Source: Gammaproteobacteria bacterium
GTDB taxonomy: Bacteria > Pseudomonadota > Gammaproteobacteria > Eutrophobiales > Eutrophobiaceae
Reading direction: 5' to 3'
NCBI GenBank assembly: GCA_965248145.1
Contig: OZ252091.1
Coordinates: forward strand, 2,898,082 to 2,962,081
DNA: 64,000 nucleotides
Shown here: positions 39,798-49,343 of the stretch, in pieces
How the letters are laid out: every line of letters begins with the position of its first letter
How positions within the stretch are numbered: the first letter of the stretch is position 1
The notes under the pieces: model-generated
Database searches by the model: none
What the model saw: only the letters and a program-made list of their open reading frames with translations
Told to the model about the DNA's origin: nothing
Translations under genes and position numbers: made by a program

Positions 39798-40258
39798 TGT
39801 TTCCCCTCTTTTGAGTGTATTTTTTCGTAAAGAACCATCACATCTGTAGCAAGCTCCCGAACCTCCTCCGGTGTCAGATTCGCTCGTTTTGGGTCAATAA
39901 TGAGCTCGATACCATCATCGATAACAACGTGACTCCAGACCTCTACCGAACCCTTTTGACGAGGCCGGGGGGGGGGCTGCAGGGTCTCTTCCCCACCTGC
40001 GCTGAGCAACTCCCGGATACGCTCCAGGGACAACCCGGCTTGTTGCCACTTTCGTATCTCAAGCAACTGGTCAAGATGTCGAGTCGTGTAGTGCGCCCCG
40101 CGACCAACCCCATCAGGTCGATCCACAAGTCCGACCTGGATGTAATACCGCACCGTTCGCCTGGGCAAATCCACGAGGCTACTGATCTCATCCAGAGTGA
40201 ATAATTCTTCTTTTTCTTTCATGACAGTTAATATAGACGGTATTACTGTCATTTTCAA
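39794..40258 (-). CDS. MerR-family HTH protein with a short C-terminal domain. First gene of a 5-gene operon; overlaps the next gene by 4 nt
   Basis: FTLDEISSLVDLPRRTVRYYIQVGLV...HYTTRHLDQLLEIRKWQQAGLSLERIREL is the MerR HTH. Confidence 0.6.
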   Translation of the reverse strand: MKMTVIPSILTVMKEKEELFTLDEISSLVDLPRRTVRYYIQVGLVDRPDGVGRGAHYTTRHLDQLLEIRKWQQAGLSLERIRELLSAGGEETLQPPPRPRQKGSVEVWSHVVIDDGIELIIDPKRANLTPEEVRELATDVMVLYEKIHSKEGKQ

Positions 40259-40381
40259 GTAGTTTTCCTGATACTGTTGTCAACAAATAGAATTTGCGCC
40301 TGACTACGATACAAACTATAATTGAGCCATGATCGAGGCAGTCACTTTCGGCACATTCAGGAGTGAAGGGAAGCACAGTTT

Positions 40382-40660
40382 ATGGAATTTATATGGGACC
40401 CAGGCAAGGCAGCAAGCAACTTACGACGACGCGGTATCTCGTTTCATGAGGCAGCTACGGTATTCAGTGACCTGTTAAGTACGACTGTGTATGATCCTGA
40501 CCATTCAGTTGAAGAAAATCGTTACATTACTGTGGGGATTTCCTATCGTGCTCGCATGTTAATGGTAGCCCATACTGAGCAGAATGATCATGTGCGGATC
40601 ATCAGTGTCCGTGAACTTACACGCAGAGAAAGAAGACAGTATGAAGAAGGAATCGCATGA
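40382..40660 (+). CDS. brnT: BrnT (DUF497) ribonuclease toxin
   Basis: MEFIWDPGKAASNLRRRGISFHEAATVF...RIISVRELTRRERRQYEEG is a BrnT family signature. Confidence 0.75.
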   Translation: MEFIWDPGKAASNLRRRGISFHEAATVFSDLLSTTVYDPDHSVEENRYITVGISYRARMLMVAHTEQNDHVRIISVRELTRRERRQYEEGIA

Positions 40661-40892
40661 AAAGATGAAAGACGATCTGCGCCCGGAGTATAACCTGTCT
40701 CAATTACTCCGTGGTGGAGTGCGAGGCAAATACGCTGAGCGGTTTCGCGCTGGAACCAATCTTGCGTCGTTATTAGATGATGGCGCCAGCGACTCATCAG
40801 GGGATACAGTAATCAAGGATAATCCCATGTCCCCGTGTTCTCACCAAGGCAAATCTCCGCTGTTATCGAATAATCACCGAAAAAAAGTTTGA
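40641..40892 (+). CDS. brnA: BrnA antitoxin (start at the internal ATG, overlapping brnT)
   Basis: MKKESHEKMKDDLRPEYNLSQLLRGGVRGKYAERF is the BrnA pattern. Confidence 0.65.
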   Translation: MKKESHEKMKDDLRPEYNLSQLLRGGVRGKYAERFRAGTNLASLLDDGASDSSGDTVIKDNPMSPCSHQGKSPLLSNNHRKKV

Positions 40893-40952
40893 GCGTGACT
40901 TAGTAAATACAGGGCCGGTATCTGGTAATACAATCTTCCCTGGCCTGCAAGG

Positions 40953-42080
40953 TTAAAATATCAATTGATACCGGCTCCCGGCGCCTTTACCCAGCCTTTG
41001 CAAAAACGTCTTTTCCGTCAAGGATTTCAGCGCGAACTGGATTGTCCGTCTGGGTAGTTCGGTCGTTTTTTCAATTTCGGCAACTTTCAGTTTTTTTTCC
41101 GGATTGGATTTAAAACACTCCAGGACTGCAACGGCTGATTCAGAAAGCAACTGGAGATTTTTGTATTTTTTTCGATATATATCGATATCGGCTATAGCCG
41201 CTTCAAAGATTTTCAGAAAAAAGAGGACCACGATATCGAATTTATAGAGCCTTGCATCCGCTCTGAACTTACCATTCGAGCACTGTTGTAATACGGTGTA
41301 ATACTGGTTTTTGTTCTGCTCAATTTTTCTGTCAATGGCAATATAAGATGCGATTTGTTCCAGGTATTTATCGCCTGATTGCAAAAGTATCAGCAGGAAT
41401 AAGGCCCTGCCCAGCCGACCGTTCCCGTCCTGGAAGGGGTGTATCGCCAAAAAGCGAAAGGTGAACTCGATAGCCACGAGTATCGGCCAGTGGTAGGTAT
41501 CGATAGTCTTGTTATACCAATCGACCAGTTCCCGCATCGCCGTCTCGGTCATTACCCCAGGGTCGGTGGGCTCCAGGACAGCACGTTCTTCGCCGGTTTC
41601 GTTGTTTCTTGAGATAACTTTGTTTATTACGGTTTTATAGGCCCCTGCAAAATGCTCTGCGGGGGGATAATGTTTGAGTAACTCCCGATGGAGACCCCGG
41701 ACTATGGTCTGGGTCAACGGTTTAAACTCTTCGGCCTGAAGATATATGGTCGTCAGCACGCTCCGGCTGCCTATGACTTCCTCAATACTCCTTTCCCTGC
41801 TCTTTGAAAGTTTGTCAACGATGAAATCTTTTTTTTCCTCATAAGCTGTGGTTTTGCCATCTTTCGATAGGATTGTATCCACCCACTCTATTTCCGCGTT
41901 GGTCAGCACCGCATTCTCAATCCGCGTCGACGCTCCCACGTTGCTTATCAAGGCACACTTCCTCAAGAAATCTTTTTCTTCAGTTGTGGCTGCTTCAAGA
42001 CCCTTGTATGCTTCAACAAATAAACCCTGTAATGCTTTAAGTTGATTCTCGGTCTTGCTGCTTGGTGTAAATGACAACAT
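40953..42080 (-). CDS. Fic-family protein (AMPylator/Fic-DOC) with a C-terminal winged HTH
   Basis: Fic motif HPFQDGNGRLGRALFLLILL. Confidence 0.85.
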   Translation of the reverse strand: MLSFTPSSKTENQLKALQGLFVEAYKGLEAATTEEKDFLRKCALISNVGASTRIENAVLTNAEIEWVDTILSKDGKTTAYEEKKDFIVDKLSKSRERSIEEVIGSRSVLTTIYLQAEEFKPLTQTIVRGLHRELLKHYPPAEHFAGAYKTVINKVISRNNETGEERAVLEPTDPGVMTETAMRELVDWYNKTIDTYHWPILVAIEFTFRFLAIHPFQDGNGRLGRALFLLILLQSGDKYLEQIASYIAIDRKIEQNKNQYYTVLQQCSNGKFRADARLYKFDIVVLFFLKIFEAAIADIDIYRKKYKNLQLLSESAVAVLECFKSNPEKKLKVAEIEKTTELPRRTIQFALKSLTEKTFLQRLGKGAGSRYQLIF

Positions 42081-42176
42081 TTAACTGACCCCTGGTATGG
42101 ATACTGTCTGGTATTATACAATATAGCGCAAGAATGCGCAATTCATAAAGTATTTATATTGCGCATTATTGCGCTT

Positions 42177-42647
42177 TTATATAGGAATATTCAACTCTCC
42201 GGCGCGCTTTACCTGCTCCATGACGACGTAGGTATGGGTCTGTAGAACACCGGGAATGGTCGCGATCCGGTCTCCCAGGATTTTTCGGTAAGTATCCATA
42301 TCCGGGCTGCGTACTTTGACCAGGTAATCAAACCCGCCTGCCACCATATGGCATTCTTCGATTTCAGGTACGTCCCGCACGGCCTGCTTGAATCGTTCGA
42401 AGACGTCGGGGGTGGTCCGGTCCAGGGTAATTTCCACGTAGGCCAGTAACGACAAGCCCAGCAGTTCGGGATTGAGTTCCGCCCGGTAACCGGTGATATA
42501 CCCGGACTTTTCCAGCCTTCTTACCCGCGCCAGACAGGGAGCAGGACTAAGGTTCACCTGCCTGGACAGATCAATATTCGAAATTCTGCCATTCCTTTGC
42601 AGGGTTCGCAGAATATTCAAGTCGATACGGTCGAGTTGCTCCTTCAT
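42177..42647 (-). CDS. Lrp/AsnC-family transcriptional regulator, divergent from putA
   Basis: LDRIDLNILRTLQRNGRISNIDLSRQVNLSPAPCLARVRRLEKSGYI HTH plus a RAM domain. Confidence 0.85.
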   Translation of the reverse strand: MKEQLDRIDLNILRTLQRNGRISNIDLSRQVNLSPAPCLARVRRLEKSGYITGYRAELNPELLGLSLLAYVEITLDRTTPDVFERFKQAVRDVPEIEECHMVAGGFDYLVKVRSPDMDTYRKILGDRIATIPGVLQTHTYVVMEQVKRAGELNIPI

Positions 42648-42787
42648 AAGATTAATAACATTTAATTTTATATAAATATAATTTAAAGAAATTATATTTT
42701 AATAATAAATAAAATAAGAAACTTAATTTACCATTTAATCGATAAAATACAAAATATTAATTATATCAGGATAAACAATAAATTGTT

Positions 42788-42813
42788 CACTGGATTCCGC
42801 TATTCACCGGAAT
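42788..42813. repeat. degenerate family-B hairpin unit in the lrp-putA intergenic region
   Basis: cactggattccgctattcaccggaat has the 5' cactggattcc box but lacks the gacgg end. Confidence 0.4.
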
Positions 42814-42826
42814 ATCTGCCCTGGAA

Positions 42827-45800
42827 ATGCTATCAATCCAGGGACGGGTCGGAGGTTTTGCAATGAGTCAGTCTTCAAAATGCTATTCATCCGGCCTGAG
42901 CGCCGGAATCAATAGGAACTACCTTACCGCTGAGAAAAGCATCCTGGAACGTTTACTGCCATTAGCTCAAACGGAACCGGAACTCAAACGTAAGATCGAG
43001 GCCACGGCAAAGTCCCTGGCGGAAACCGTTCGCAACCGGCAACAGAACTCATCGGGATTACATGCTTTTCTCAACCACTATGATCTCTCATCCCATGAGG
43101 GTGTGGTACTGATGTGTCTTGCCGAGGCGCTGTTACGGATCCCCGATGCCGGCACCATGGATGCCTTAATTGCCGACAAGCTGGAGTCCGCCGACTGGGA
43201 ACGACACCTGGGGAAAGACAGCTCCCTGTTTGTCAACGCGTGCACCTGGGGACTGATGTTAACGGGTAAATTACTTTACCCTGGGCAGGATGACTCCCGT
43301 GATCCGCTGGAACTGCTGCGCAAATTACTGAGCCGGCTTGAACAACCGGTTTTGCGCGCGGCGCTGAAAGCCGCCATGAAAATCATGGCGGCTGAATTCG
43401 TCATGGGGCGCAACATTGACGAAGCGCTGCACCGGAGTCAATCGACCGGCCTTCGGCGTTATCGTTTTTCTTACGACATGTTAGGCGAAGCGGCCCTGAC
43501 GACGGCCGCCGCGGACCGTTACGAACAGGCCTATGCGCAGGCCATCAACGCGCTGGGAAGATACGTTGACGATGACTCGCAGGAGCCGGAACGACCGGGT
43601 ATTTCGGTAAAGCTTTCTTCCCTCTGTCCCCGTTTCGAACCAAGCCACCAGGCCCGCGCCGTAGCCGAACTCACTGACCGACTGTTACGTCTGGGGGTAA
43701 CCGCGCACGCCGCGCGCATCTCCATGACAATCGACGCGGAAGAAGCAGACCGGTTGGAGATAAGCCTGCGTGTCTTCGAACAGCTTTATCGTCATGCCGC
43801 GCTGCATGACTGGACGGGGTTGGGCCTCGCGGTGCAAGCCTACCAGAAACGCGCCCTGCCCCTGCTGGAAAACCTGAATCGGCTCGCCAATGAACAAGGA
43901 CGCGTTATTCCTGTGCGCCTGGTCAAAGGCGCCTACTGGGATATGGAGATCAAGCAGGCCCAGGAACAGGGGCTTGCGGACTACCCGGTGTTTACCTTAA
44001 AACGCAATACCGACGTTTCCTACCTGGCTTGCGCTCGTTACCTGCTGGCCGGGTGTCAGCGCCTCTACCCGCAATTTGCCACCCATAATGCCCATACCGT
44101 CAGTTATATCCAGCATCACGCGGGGGATCGAACTTATGAATTTCAACGCCTGTACGGCATGGGAGAAGAATTGTATGACATCGTCACCGACACGGAAGGA
44201 CTCAATATTCCCTGTCGCATTTATGCCCCGGTAGGCGCACACGAAGATTTGCTGCCTTATCTTGTCCGGCGATTACTGGAAAACGGAGCCAACGTGTCCT
44301 TTATCAATCGTATAGCAGACAAGGAAACATCCATCTCTGAACTGGTGACAGACCCGGTAGACGAAGTGGAACAAAACAATGGCACAACGCGTCATCCTCG
44401 CATCCCGACGCCACCGGATATGTTCCGACCGGAACGAAAAAACGCCCGCGGGATCAACTTTGCCGATCACGATGCCCTGGCGCCGCTGTTCGATAGTATC
44501 GAACAGGCCCGTAATCGTGAGTGGACGGCAGCCCCCTTTATTAACGGTAATACTATGGGCGGCAAATCCAGGACGGTATACAACCCGGCCAATACCCGGG
44601 AACGTATTGGCCGGGTATGGGACACAACTCCGGGCGTCGCAGTACAGGCTTTATCCATCGCAGCAGATGCCTTTGGATACTGGCATCGCACCCGTGCGGA
44701 ACACCGGGCCGAAATACTTGAACGAGCCGCGGACCTGGTCGAAGCACACCTGGAGGAGTTGACAGCCCTGTGCGTGCTCGAGGCCGGCAAGTGCCTGCGT
44801 GACGGCCATGACGACGTGCGTGAAGCCATAGACTTTCTGCGTTACTACGCCGGCCGTTGCCGCAGTCTTATGTCCGGCGATCTGGCTTTACCTGGTCCTG
44901 CCGGTGAGACCAACAGCCTGCGGCTTTGTGGTCGAGGCGTGTTTGTCTGTATCAGTCCGTGGAACTTTCCCGTTGCCATCTATACCGGCCAGGTTGCGGC
45001 AGCCCTGGCCGCCGGAAATACGGTTATAGCCAAACCCGCCGAACAGACTTCCTTTGTAGCCTGGCGCCTCACCCGACTACTGTATGAAGCGGGCATCCCC
45101 ACAGAGGCGTTGGCATTCCTGCCGGGTGTCGGCGCCGACCTCGGCAACGCCCTGCTTTACGACCCCCGGGTGACCGGCGTTGCTTTTACCGGTTCCACTG
45201 AAACCGCGCGCGTCATCAATCGTAAACTGGCTTTACGGAATGCCCCCCTGGCCACCCTGGTCGCCGAAACCGGAGGTATCAATACCATGCTGGTAGATAG
45301 TTCGGCGCTGCCGGAACAGGTGGTGCAGGACGTGGTCCAGTCCGCGTTCAACAGCGCCGGACAACGCTGCTCAGCCCTGCGCATATTGTGCCTGCAAAAA
45401 GAGATTGCGCCGCGGGTGCTGGAACTCCTGGTCCGTTACATGGATGAATGGATCACCGGTGACCCCGCCCGTCTGGATACGGATATGGGTCCTGTCATCG
45501 ATCCGCCGGCGCAAAACAGGCTGGAAAGTTACATCCGGGGGATGCAGGAAAACAACAGGCTGATATACCGCGGGCATGGACCTGCTGGGCATTCGGAGGG
45601 CTATTTTGTTCCGCCGGCTATTATTGAAATCGACCAGGTTTCCGAGTTGAAAAAAGAAGTCTTCGGTCCGGTATTACACGTACTGCGCTATGATGCCGGG
45701 AAACTTGCACCACTGCTGGAGCAGGTTAACGGCCTGGGCTATGGCCTCACGCTGGGCATACAGAGTCGTATTGAACAACGGGCGGAATACATTCGGGAAC

Positions 45801-46057
45801 GGGTACGCGTCGGTAACGTGTATGTAAACCGGAATATGGTCGGCGCCGTGGTGGGCGTGCAACCTTTCGGCGGTTGTGGCCTGTCGGGGACGGGACCAAA
45901 GGCGGGTGGCCCGCACTACCTGCTACGTTTCACAACAGAGCAAACCTACACCGTCAACACTGCGGCAATTGGTGGGAACGCCGGTTTATTGGCGGAGAGC
46001 ACGGGGCCTGGCGAGCGCCGTTGGCCGGCAACTAAGGAAAAATCCCTTTCTGAATGA
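42827..46057 (+). CDS. putA: bifunctional proline dehydrogenase / 1-pyrroline-5-carboxylate dehydrogenase (an alternative start is ATG 42863)
   Basis: 1076 aa. PRODH barrel plus an ALDH domain (ETGGINTMLVDSSAL, CSALRIL). Confidence 0.9.
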   Translation: MLSIQGRVGGFAMSQSSKCYSSGLSAGINRNYLTAEKSILERLLPLAQTEPELKRKIEATAKSLAETVRNRQQNSSGLHAFLNHYDLSSHEGVVLMCLAEALLRIPDAGTMDALIADKLESADWERHLGKDSSLFVNACTWGLMLTGKLLYPGQDDSRDPLELLRKLLSRLEQPVLRAALKAAMKIMAAEFVMGRNIDEALHRSQSTGLRRYRFSYDMLGEAALTTAAADRYEQAYAQAINALGRYVDDDSQEPERPGISVKLSSLCPRFEPSHQARAVAELTDRLLRLGVTAHAARISMTIDAEEADRLEISLRVFEQLYRHAALHDWTGLGLAVQAYQKRALPLLENLNRLANEQGRVIPVRLVKGAYWDMEIKQAQEQGLADYPVFTLKRNTDVSYLACARYLLAGCQRLYPQFATHNAHTVSYIQHHAGDRTYEFQRLYGMGEELYDIVTDTEGLNIPCRIYAPVGAHEDLLPYLVRRLLENGANVSFINRIADKETSISELVTDPVDEVEQNNGTTRHPRIPTPPDMFRPERKNARGINFADHDALAPLFDSIEQARNREWTAAPFINGNTMGGKSRTVYNPANTRERIGRVWDTTPGVAVQALSIAADAFGYWHRTRAEHRAEILERAADLVEAHLEELTALCVLEAGKCLRDGHDDVREAIDFLRYYAGRCRSLMSGDLALPGPAGETNSLRLCGRGVFVCISPWNFPVAIYTGQVAAALAAGNTVIAKPAEQTSFVAWRLTRLLYEAGIPTEALAFLPGVGADLGNALLYDPRVTGVAFTGSTETARVINRKLALRNAPLATLVAETGGINTMLVDSSALPEQVVQDVVQSAFNSAGQRCSALRILCLQKEIAPRVLELLVRYMDEWITGDPARLDTDMGPVIDPPAQNRLESYIRGMQENNRLIYRGHGPAGHSEGYFVPPAIIEIDQVSELKKEVFGPVLHVLRYDAGKLAPLLEQVNGLGYGLTLGIQSRIEQRAEYIRERVRVGNVYVNRNMVGAVVGVQPFGGCGLSGTGPKAGGPHYLLRFTTEQTYTVNTAAIGGNAGLLAESTGPGERRWPATKEKSLSE

Positions 46058-47291
46058 TGCCATGCACACCCCAGTTGCCATCAACCACCTGGGTCACGCC
46101 AAAGTCAACCGCCACCGACATCAGGGTGATCGTCTCGTCTTCACTCAAGCCCTTGGCATTCATCAAGAATTTGCGCATTTTACGGAACGCATCACGCATG
46201 GCATTATCGACTGAAGACTTGTTGTTAATCTCGCTCTGCGCGTCCTCGCCAAGCTCAGCCAGGTAGTTGGCGTAGCTGAAGCCGTGTACGATGTACTCTG
46301 AGTCAGTTTCCAACAGCGGAAAGTCCAAGCCTTGCAACAAGGAGCCATTGAGTGCGTCTTTTTTGTGCAGGATGATCTGCAAAACGCCGGTCAGCGAGGT
46401 TTCGATCGCCGTGCCGGCCAGCTCGGAGTCGCCCTGGGCAGCGTGCGGATCCCCGGCGCTCAGAAGACCACCCTCTACCGACACCGGGTAATACATGATG
46501 CCACCCTTACCGATCCGCCAGTTATCGATGTTGCCGCCGAAATAGCTCGGTGGTATGGAGTTGACGAAATCGGCCTCCACGGGCGCTAACCCCATGGTGC
46601 CGAAGTGCAGGCGGACCGGCACGCGTACGCCAGACAACACTGAGGTATTTTTTTTGATCGTGTCATGGTCGACCGGCACACCGGGATAATCGATGGTGGC
46701 GTGCTCGACACCGTACGGGTCGGTCTGCTGCACCCAACGGAAATTATATAATGCCCTGGCCCAGGTACGCTCCCCTGTCACGTCGATTTCATAGATCGTT
46801 ACCACTTCGCGCGGCTTGGGCTCGGTGATCAAGTCCTGGTAATGATAGCCCCACCAAGCGGCGGCGTTGCTACCAAAGGCTTTACCCGGGTGATCGGTGT
46901 TGGCGCTGGGCCGGGGTCTGAGGTCAAGGATGCGAACCTCGACGATGTCGCCCGGCTCTGCCTCCTCAATATAAATTGGCCCGGTTAAGATATGCACACC
47001 AAGGCCTTCTCCCGCACCGCGGCCAAACAGCGACGCATCCATAGGTCCCGCTCCACGCCGGTCAACGCCCTTGCCATCTTTGCTCCAACGGAACACACTT
47101 TCCGCACCCGGATCGCCATCAACCATCAGCGAGGCATCATCGTTGGCATGATGGCTCAGTGTTTCGATGGTAATAAAATCACCTGAGATGACAGTCAGCT
47201 TAGGCTCGATGTCTTTACTGAAATAACCCCAGTGCACAGTCTCACTGTTTGCGGGCAGCGTATGATGCTGCTGTTGACGTTTCGTATTCAT
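46032..47291 (-). CDS. acetamidase/formamidase (FmdA/AmdA) family amidohydrolase
   Basis: 419 aa. GPIYIEEAEPGDIVEVRILD and GGNIDNWRIGKGGIMYYPV are family motifs. Confidence 0.8.
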   Translation of the reverse strand: MNTKRQQQHHTLPANSETVHWGYFSKDIEPKLTVISGDFITIETLSHHANDDASLMVDGDPGAESVFRWSKDGKGVDRRGAGPMDASLFGRGAGEGLGVHILTGPIYIEEAEPGDIVEVRILDLRPRPSANTDHPGKAFGSNAAAWWGYHYQDLITEPKPREVVTIYEIDVTGERTWARALYNFRWVQQTDPYGVEHATIDYPGVPVDHDTIKKNTSVLSGVRVPVRLHFGTMGLAPVEADFVNSIPPSYFGGNIDNWRIGKGGIMYYPVSVEGGLLSAGDPHAAQGDSELAGTAIETSLTGVLQIILHKKDALNGSLLQGLDFPLLETDSEYIVHGFSYANYLAELGEDAQSEINNKSSVDNAMRDAFRKMRKFLMNAKGLSEDETITLMSVAVDFGVTQVVDGNWGVHGIIQKGIFP

Positions 47292-47306
47292 CAGTTTGGG
47301 AATTCC

Positions 47307-47394
47307 GGATATTTGGGGTCAGAGTAAAAATACACTTGGGTTGATAGGCGCTTCTGGTTTGTTATTGAGTATTTTTACTCTGACCCCAAATATT
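47307..47394. repeat. Family-A palindromic element, copy 3
   Basis: Identical 25-bp terminal inverted repeats (ggatatttggggtcagagtaaaaatac ... gtatttttactctgaccccaaatattc). Confidence 0.8.
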
Positions 47395-47439
47395 CTGAAG
47401 ACAGTTTACTTAACTCTTACGGATTTTAGAACGGAAAGG

Positions 47440-49065
47440 TTAGAAGCTATAATCGCTGAATCTCTTTCGTAATTCCGTCTTTTGTATCTTCCCCGTCGCC
47501 GTATGTGGGATTTCATCGACACATACGACGTCATCAGGCAACCACCATTTCGCCACCTTGTCTTTTAACCAGTCCAGCATTGCTTCCTTGCTGACCTCCT
47601 TGTCTTCCTTCCTGACTATGATCAGCAACGGTCGCTCCGCCCATTTCGGATGGGGCAGCCCGATCACGGCGGCTTCGGCCACGTCGGGATGGCCTATTGC
47701 CGCGTTTTCCAATTCGATGGAGCTGATCCACTCGCCGCCGGATTTGATCACGTCCTTGGATCTGTCGGTAAGCTGCAGGTAACCCTCGGCGTCGATATTC
47801 CCCACGTCGCCCGTACTAAGCCAGCCATCGTCGTCATGCACGTCGCTTGGGGCATCCGGTTTGTAATAGTCACTACAGATCGACGGTCCGCGCACCTTCA
47901 GTAGCCCCGTTGATTGCCCGTCCCGGGGAAATTCATTATTATTATCATCGACAATTTTCAACTCGACGCCATAAGGTGCGCGCCCCTGCTTCTGTCTTAT
48001 GGCGTATTGTTCCTCCCCGGACAGTTTCAGCATTTCCGATTTTAAGGTATTCACCGTACCCAGGGGACTCATCTCCGTCATCCCCCAGGCATGATGAACA
48101 TAAACGTCATGCCGGTCTTCAAACTCCTGCATAATCGACCGGGGACAGGCCGAACCGCCGATAACGACACGCTCCAATGTCTTAACCTCTTTGCCCGACT
48201 CTGAAAGATACTTCAGCAAGGCCAGCCACACGGTGGGCACTCCCGCGGAAAAAGTGACCTCTTCCTCTTCGATTAACGCTTGCAGGGTTTCGCCGTCACC
48301 CATCCTGGGGCCGGGGCAGACCAGTTTTGTTCCCACTATCGGCGCCCCATAGGCCAGGCCCCAGGCGTTAACGTGGAACATGGGCACTACCGGCAAAATC
48401 ACGTCCCGGACGGAAAGGTTAAGCACATCCGGCGAGATGCCTATCAGGGTATGCAGCACCATTGCCCGGTGATGATACAGGACTCCTTTGGGGTTACCGG
48501 TGGTCCCCGACGTGTAACAGAGGGTACAAGCAGTTTTTTCATCCAGGTCAGGCCAGTTGAACTGTGCCGAATGCCGCGCAATAAAGGCTTCATAAGATTG
48601 CACATCAGGCAAATCCGTATCCGGTAGATGTTCATCATCCGTTAAAACGATGAAGGCTTCCACCGCCGGCAAATTCTCTTTAATCTTTTCCAGTACGGGC
48701 ACAATCAACGGGTCGACAAAGACCAGCCTGTCTTCGGAGTGATTGACAATATAGGTGATCTGTTCCGGGAACAAACGCGGGTTGACCGTGTGGGTGACGG
48801 CGCCGATACCCGCTATGGCGTAATACAATTCAAAGTGGCGATAATCATTCCAGGCAAAGGTTGCGATACGATCACCCGTCTGTATGCCATAGTCAATCAG
48901 TGCATTCGCCAGTTGACGGGTCCTGCGAAAAGCCTCTGTGTATGTATACCTGTGCCTGGGATTATCACAGGTGACGGATACAATCTCCGCATTGGGATGG
49001 TTCTTATCGGCGTGCTCCATTATCGAGGTAATGGTCAACTGCCTGTCCATCATCAGACCCAGCAT
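47440..49065 (-). CDS. AMP-dependent acyl-CoA synthetase (long/medium-chain fatty acid--CoA ligase type)
   Basis: 541 aa. AMP-binding box YTSGTTGNPKGV. Confidence 0.85.
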   Translation of the reverse strand: MLGLMMDRQLTITSIMEHADKNHPNAEIVSVTCDNPRHRYTYTEAFRRTRQLANALIDYGIQTGDRIATFAWNDYRHFELYYAIAGIGAVTHTVNPRLFPEQITYIVNHSEDRLVFVDPLIVPVLEKIKENLPAVEAFIVLTDDEHLPDTDLPDVQSYEAFIARHSAQFNWPDLDEKTACTLCYTSGTTGNPKGVLYHHRAMVLHTLIGISPDVLNLSVRDVILPVVPMFHVNAWGLAYGAPIVGTKLVCPGPRMGDGETLQALIEEEEVTFSAGVPTVWLALLKYLSESGKEVKTLERVVIGGSACPRSIMQEFEDRHDVYVHHAWGMTEMSPLGTVNTLKSEMLKLSGEEQYAIRQKQGRAPYGVELKIVDDNNNEFPRDGQSTGLLKVRGPSICSDYYKPDAPSDVHDDDGWLSTGDVGNIDAEGYLQLTDRSKDVIKSGGEWISSIELENAAIGHPDVAEAAVIGLPHPKWAERPLLIIVRKEDKEVSKEAMLDWLKDKVAKWWLPDDVVCVDEIPHTATGKIQKTELRKRFSDYSF

Positions 49066-49090
49066 GTTATCCCCCTTTTTATTGGTTTAG

Positions 49091-49306
49091 CCACAGAGGA
49101 CACAGAGATCACAGAGTTATCCAGTATAATATCTCCGACAGGTTTGGATGGGCTTTTCAAGACTATCATCCGCCAGAGCCTGCCCTTGCATGTCGTAAGC
49201 AGGGGGACAGCGGATGGTAAGCGTACAGGGATGTATTCACAGCGGGTCTTGAAAAGCTCATGCAAACCTGTCTCCATTGACTCTGTGCTCTCTGTGCTCT
49301 CTGTGG
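49091..49306. repeat. Nested palindromic structure. Outer inverted repeat (cacagaggacacagagatcacagag / ctctgtgctctctgtgctctctgtg), inner 25-bp inverted repeat (caggtttggatgggcttttcaagac / gtcttgaaaagctcatgcaaacctg), and a central family-C core
   Basis: Seen directly. The central gagcctgcccttgcatgtcgtaagcaggggga matches 29321-29353 with one mismatch. Confidence 0.75.
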
Positions 49307-49343
49307 CCTTTATGTTTCTTATCTGCGTCATCTGCAGATAAAA

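Noticed and set aside
46032-46057. 26-nt convergent overlap of the putA 3' end and the formamidase 3' end
   Set aside because: Probably trivial: tail-to-tail overlap of stop regions is common. Possibly one stop is mis-set. There is no evidence of functional significance.
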